This document shows positions 17,902 through 22,173 of a stretch of 22,173 nt of DNA, piece by piece; position 1 is the stretch's first letter, and every line of letters begins with the position of its first letter. The notes below the pieces were generated by a model. That model was not told the origin of the DNA. It did no database searches and saw only the letters and a program-made list of their open reading frames with translations. Made by a program: the position numbers and the translations under genes. The stretch covers positions 1 to 22,173 of the forward strand of contig JAQBGU010000144.1 of assembly GCA_032128375.1 (NCBI GenBank), read 5' to 3'. The stretch is from Deltaproteobacteria bacterium. Lineage in GTDB: Bacteria > Myxococcota_A > UBA9160 > SMWR01.

Positions 17902-20900
17902 ATGCGCTGCGTCCGTACCCTCACACTTCTCGCTCCGATTCTCTGCGCCGCCTGCGCGGGGAATCCCGATCGGCACACGCTCGCCAGCTTGCGCGACCTG
18001 GAGCCCGACGTGACGGAAGTGAGAATCGAAGATGGCCTCGACCAGGCCATGCACAGCTACCGCAGCTTCCTCGAACAGACTCCGGAGTCGACCTTGACCC
18101 CCGAAGCCATGCGGCGGCTGGCGGACCTGAAGCTGGAGAAGGACTTCGGAATTCGCGGTGACGCGCAGCTCGCCGAGCACCCGGTCGAGCCCCCTATTCC
18201 AAACGGGCTGGCGGAAGTCGGGATATCGGATCGGGCGAGCGCTACGGGTATCGGGGACCACTCGGAGTCCGAAGCGGATTTCGAGCGGCGTGCGGTCCGC
18301 GAACGCGGGGCGATTGCGCCAAACCCGGACTCTGGGCTCCGGCACCCCAGCGGCGAGGAACTCGAGTGGGCGGGACCGCTGGAGGCGATCGAACTCTATG
18401 ACCGGATTCTCGCCGCCTATCCCGCGTACCCGCACAACGATCAGGTCCTGTACCAGAAGGCGCGAGCGCTCGACGAGTTGGGACGCACCGACGACGCCAT
18501 CGCGGTGATCGCGAACCTGATTTCCGCGTACCCGCACTCCAAGTACATCGACGAAGTCCAGTTCCGGCGGGCCGAGTATTTCTTCACCCGGAAGCGGTAT
18601 CTGGAAGCTGAAGAGGCCTATCGGGCCGTCACCGAGATGGGTGTCGAATCGGGGTTCTACGAGCTGGCCTTGTACAAGCTCGGATGGACGTTTTACAAGC
18701 AGGATCTGCACGAACAGGCCCTGGACAGTTACGTTGCGCTACTCGATTACAAGGTTGCTACCGGGTACGACTTTGATCAGTCCGCCGACGAGGCCGACGA
18801 GCGCCGAATCGCCGACACCTACCGGGTCATCAGTCTCAGCTTCTCCTATATCGGTGGGCCGGAAGCCGTGCTGGCCTACTTCGCTGCGAAGGGCAACCGC
18901 AGTTACGAGGACCGCGTCTACAGCCACCTGGGCGAGTTCTACCTCGGCAAGCTCCGGTACAACGATGCGGCGGCCGCCTATCAGACGTTCGTCGCGCTGT
19001 ATCCCCTGCGCCGGGCTTCGCCTCACTTCGGCATGCGGGTGGTCGAGATCTACGAAGCGGGCGGTTTTCCGATCCTCGTACTGGAATCGAAGAAGAGCTT
19101 CGCGGCCCGCTACGGGCTGCACTCAGAGTATTGGCGGCATTTCGACGTCGCCGATTCGCTGGAGGTGCTCAGCTATCTGAAGAGCAATCTGAAGGATCTG
19201 GCGAATCACTACCACGCGCACTACCAGGAGCCGGAGCTGGTGGACGAACAGGCCGCCAATTTCGCGGAGGCGCTGCACTGGTATCGCGCGTACCTCGACT
19301 CGTTTCCGGAAGACCTCCAGACGCCTGGCATCCACTACCAGCTGGCCGACCTGATTCTAGAGCACGAGGATTTTCGCGCGGCGGCCCAGCAGTACGAGCA
19401 GATCGCCTACGGATATCCCGACCATGAGCAGGCCGCCGCGGCAGGATACGCGGCGATATACGCGCATCGCGAGAATCAACACGCTGCACCCGAGACACAG
19501 CGCACGGGGGTCAGGCGCGATGCCGTCACCAGCACGCTGCGGTTCGTGGACCGCTTTCCCGAACACGAACAAGCCCCCACAGTGCTGGGCGCCGCGCTCG
19601 CAGACCTGTACGACATGAAGGAGTACGCGCAGGCCATCGACAGAGGGCAGTCGCTAATCGATGGCTATCCCGAGGCGGACGTCTCGGTTCGTCGCTCCGC
19701 GTGGTTCGTCATCGCCCACTCCTCATTCGACATCGGACAGTACGCGAACGCCGAGCACGCCTACGCGGCCGTGCTCGACGTGACGTCGGCGGATGACGAG
19801 TCGCGCCAGGGCCTGGTCGACAATCTGGCCGCCGCCATCTACAAGCAGGGCGAGCAGGCCAACCTTACGAACGATCATCGGCTGGCTGCCGATCACTTCC
19901 TGAGAATCCGGCAGGCCGCACCCAGCTCCGAGATCCGCCCCGCGGCGGAGTACGACGCCGGTGCCGCGCTGATCCGGCTCGAGGATTGGACGGGAGCGGC
20001 CGCGGTGCTGGAGGCGTTCCGACAATCCTATCCGGACCACGAACTGAACCGCGAGGCCACCAAGCAGATCGCGCTCGTCTACCGCGAGAAGGGAGACATC
20101 TCCCGCGCCGCCGGGGAGTACGAGCGAGTCGCCGACGAATCCAACGATCCCGAGCTGCGCAGCGAGGCCCTGCTCCTCGCAGGTGATCTGTACGAGCAAG
20201 CATGGGTCCCGGAGCGGGCGCTCGCGGTGTACCGCAGCTACGTCACCCAGTTCCCGAAGCCGCTCGAGACCGCCGTGGAGACCCGATTCAAGATCGCGAA
20301 GCTCCACCATGCGGCGCACGACGAACAGGCCTACCACGAACAGTTGCGCCAGATCGTGGCGATCGATTCTGCCGCCGGCGACGGGCGCACTGAACGGATT
20401 CGCCATCTCGCTGCGCAGTCGGCCTTGGCGTTGGCCGAGATCCTCTACCAGCGCTTCGACGAGGTCGCGTTGGTCCAGCCGTTCGAGCAGAACCTGCAGC
20501 AGAAGCAGCAACGCATGGATGCGGCGCTCGAAGCGTTCGGCAGACTCGTCGACTACGAGATCGGAGAAGTCATTGCGGCTGCGACGTTCTACATGGCCGA
20601 GGTCTACTTCGACTTCAGCCAGGCGCTGATCGAATCCGAGCGCCCGACCGGTCTCGATCCCGCCGCGAAACAGGCATACGAGATGGCTCTCGACGAAGAG
20701 GCGTTCCCCTTTGAACAACGTGCCATCGAAGTGCACGAGAAAAATCTGGATCTGATGGCCGCGGGCATCTTCAACGCATGGATCGAGAAGAGCCTCGCCA
20801 AGCTCGGAACCCTGATGCCCGGGCGATACGCGAAGTTCGAACAGAGCAGCGGCTTCATCGCTTCGATCGACAGCTACGCGTATCGATCACCGCGTGCAAT

Positions 20901-20964
20901 GGACAGCGATGCCGACGAGACCAAAACCGACGAATCGACAGATTCAAAGACACCAGCGGGATGA
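17902..20964 (+). CDS. Large TPR lipoprotein (GltD/AgmU-like)
   Basis: ATG 17902 with lipobox LCAAC. Many TPRs (DQVLYQKARA, EVQFRRAEYFF, ALYKLGWTFYK). The C-terminus YEMALDEEAFPFEQRAIEVHEKNL...WIEKSLAKL....PGRY resembles the GltD-type C-terminus as I recall it. Confidence 0.9.
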   Translation: MRCVRTLTLLAPILCAACAGNPDRHTLASLRDLEPDVTEVRIEDGLDQAMHSYRSFLEQTPESTLTPEAMRRLADLKLEKDFGIRGDAQLAEHPVEPPIPNGLAEVGISDRASATGIGDHSESEADFERRAVRERGAIAPNPDSGLRHPSGEELEWAGPLEAIELYDRILAAYPAYPHNDQVLYQKARALDELGRTDDAIAVIANLISAYPHSKYIDEVQFRRAEYFFTRKRYLEAEEAYRAVTEMGVESGFYELALYKLGWTFYKQDLHEQALDSYVALLDYKVATGYDFDQSADEADERRIADTYRVISLSFSYIGGPEAVLAYFAAKGNRSYEDRVYSHLGEFYLGKLRYNDAAAAYQTFVALYPLRRASPHFGMRVVEIYEAGGFPILVLESKKSFAARYGLHSEYWRHFDVADSLEVLSYLKSNLKDLANHYHAHYQEPELVDEQAANFAEALHWYRAYLDSFPEDLQTPGIHYQLADLILEHEDFRAAAQQYEQIAYGYPDHEQAAAAGYAAIYAHRENQHAAPETQRTGVRRDAVTSTLRFVDRFPEHEQAPTVLGAALADLYDMKEYAQAIDRGQSLIDGYPEADVSVRRSAWFVIAHSSFDIGQYANAEHAYAAVLDVTSADDESRQGLVDNLAAAIYKQGEQANLTNDHRLAADHFLRIRQAAPSSEIRPAAEYDAGAALIRLEDWTGAAAVLEAFRQSYPDHELNREATKQIALVYREKGDISRAAGEYERVADESNDPELRSEALLLAGDLYEQAWVPERALAVYRSYVTQFPKPLETAVETRFKIAKLHHAAHDEQAYHEQLRQIVAIDSAAGDGRTERIRHLAAQSALALAEILYQRFDEVALVQPFEQNLQQKQQRMDAALEAFGRLVDYEIGEVIAAATFYMAEVYFDFSQALIESERPTGLDPAAKQAYEMALDEEAFPFEQRAIEVHEKNLDLMAAGIFNAWIEKSLAKLGTLMPGRYAKFEQSSGFIASIDSYAYRSPRAMDSDADETKTDESTDSKTPAG

Positions 20965-20967
20965 GCG

Positions 20968-21597
20968 ATGCGAGCACTCGATAGAGACCGGATTCCGACT
21001 GCGGCCTGGCGTTGCGTGGCGATCATCGCGGTCGCGCTGCTGGCTTCCGCTTGCGCCATCTCGGCGAGGCGTCCTGCAGCGGTCGCGACCCAGAACGGCT
21101 TCACGATCAGCGATGGTGTCCGCGCCAGTGCGAAGATTCGCGACACGTTCGAGGAGGCCCTGCGTCTGCTCGAACAGAAGCAATTCGAGCGCGCCATTCC
21201 GTTGCTCGTCGAGGTGACGGAGGCGGCACCCGGGTCGACGACGGCCCACATCGACCTGGGCATCGCCTATCGACAGGTGGACGATCTCGAACGCGCGAGG
21301 CTGAGCATTCAGCGGGCCGTGGAGCTCAACCCGGGTCACCCGGTCGCGCACAATGAGCTCGGGATCGTTTACCGAAGGACCGGACAATTCGAAAAAGCGC
21401 GCGCCAGCTACGAGAGTGCGCTGGCGCTGTATCCAGACTTTCACTTCGCGCGACGCAACCTGGCGATCCTATGCGACGTTTATCTCTCGGACGTGAGCTG
21501 CGCACTCGAGAACTACGAGCGGTACAGCGAGGTCGTGACGGACGACGCGGCCGTAGCGATGTGGATCACGGATCTGCGCAAGCGGATCCGGGAGTAG
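20968..21597 (+). CDS. TPR lipoprotein (GltE/AglT-like)
   Basis: Lipobox LASAC. Canonical TPRs AHNELGIVYRRTGQFEKARASYESALALYPDF and ARRNLAILCDVYL. Confidence 0.9.
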   Translation: MRALDRDRIPTAAWRCVAIIAVALLASACAISARRPAAVATQNGFTISDGVRASAKIRDTFEEALRLLEQKQFERAIPLLVEVTEAAPGSTTAHIDLGIAYRQVDDLERARLSIQRAVELNPGHPVAHNELGIVYRRTGQFEKARASYESALALYPDFHFARRNLAILCDVYLSDVSCALENYERYSEVVTDDAAVAMWITDLRKRIRE

Positions 21598-21599
21598 GT

Positions 21600-21902
21600 A
21601 TGCCCATATTACGCATTTCAGCATATCTCACGCTGGTGTTCTTGATTGCGAGCGCCGCGCTGAGCCAGGAGTCCGACGATGACACGTTGATCTCGGGTAT
21701 GTCGATCGTCGGCGACCACGAGTCGCCGAAGTCGCTCGTGATCGTGCCTTGGAAAAGTTCGGACCTGGGCGGCAGGCTCGATGTTTCGCGGCTTCTCGAT
21801 GATGGTCGCCAACCGGTCGACCGGGACGTTTTCATCAGGGAGCTGAATTACTACCAGATCGGAGCGGAGTCGCGCACAACGTACGGCCCCGACACTCAAT
21901 AG
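21600..21902 (+). CDS. Small secreted protein (GltF-like position)
   Basis: ATG 3 nt after the previous stop. The signal peptide ends AALS-QE, followed by SGMSIVGDHESPKSLVIVPWK and PVDRDVFIRELNYY. Confidence 0.8.
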   Translation: MPILRISAYLTLVFLIASAALSQESDDDTLISGMSIVGDHESPKSLVIVPWKSSDLGGRLDVSRLLDDGRQPVDRDVFIRELNYYQIGAESRTTYGPDTQ

Positions 21903-21944
21903 ATTCGCGACCACGCAGTACACCATGTCAAGGAGAAATCGGTG

Positions 21945-22173
21945 ATGGACTTCATGTATTCGATCGTAGGGTTCTTCGTAACGGGGGGGCCGTTCATGTA
22001 CCCGATCCTGCTCGTGTTCGCAGTCGGAACTGCGATCGCGATCGAGCGCTACGTCACATTGACGATGGTGACTGCGAAGAACCAGAGCGCGTGGAGCAAG
22101 GTACAGCCCGCGCTCATGAACGGTGACTTCGACCAGGCACGGGAGATGACCACCAACGACGACTCGACCATCT
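21945..22173 (+). CDS. MotA/TolQ/ExbB proton channel family protein (AglR-like), truncated by the window end
   Basis: AAGGAG RBS. Manual translation gives MDFMYSIVGFFVTGGPFMYPILLVFAVGTAIAIERYVTL..., the typical GG.FMYPI...IERY N-terminus. The start could be GTG 21942. Confidence 0.9.
   Translation, partial: MDFMYSIVGFFVTGGPFMYPILLVFAVGTAIAIERYVTLTMVTAKNQSAWSKVQPALMNGDFDQAREMTTNDDSTI

Noticed and set aside
17308..20736. Long minus-strand ORFs 17308-18711 and 19723-20736
   Set aside because: Antisense to the TPR genes, with composition typical of shadow frames.

Overview
GC-rich bacterial chromosomal window. The gene order and protein styles suggest a Myxococcota/deltaproteobacterium-like host (inference). 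From left to right it holds: the 5' part of groEL and groES on the minus strand, with a sigma70 promoter and a CIRCE; a divergent overlapping pair of uncharacterised genes, the second with an EExxH...ELQxE zincin-like motif; lexA with paired TTCG-N7-TTCG boxes upstream; a 14-15 bp tandem repeat; a separately promoted PTPS-PTPS-folE pterin operon whose first PTPS copy has lost several catalytic residues; ppiD; mreBCD-mrdA-rodA; a HAD-IB hydrolase; and an unassigned helical protein. The window ends in the first six genes of an envelope operon (secreted protein, three TPR proteins, small secreted protein, truncated MotA/TolQ/ExbB) that resembles the core of the Agl-Glt machinery. No mobile element, RNA gene or CRISPR array was seen. 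The best candidates for undescribed biology are the Glt/Agl-like operon, the active plus degenerate PTPS pair and the two-gene module between groES and lexA.
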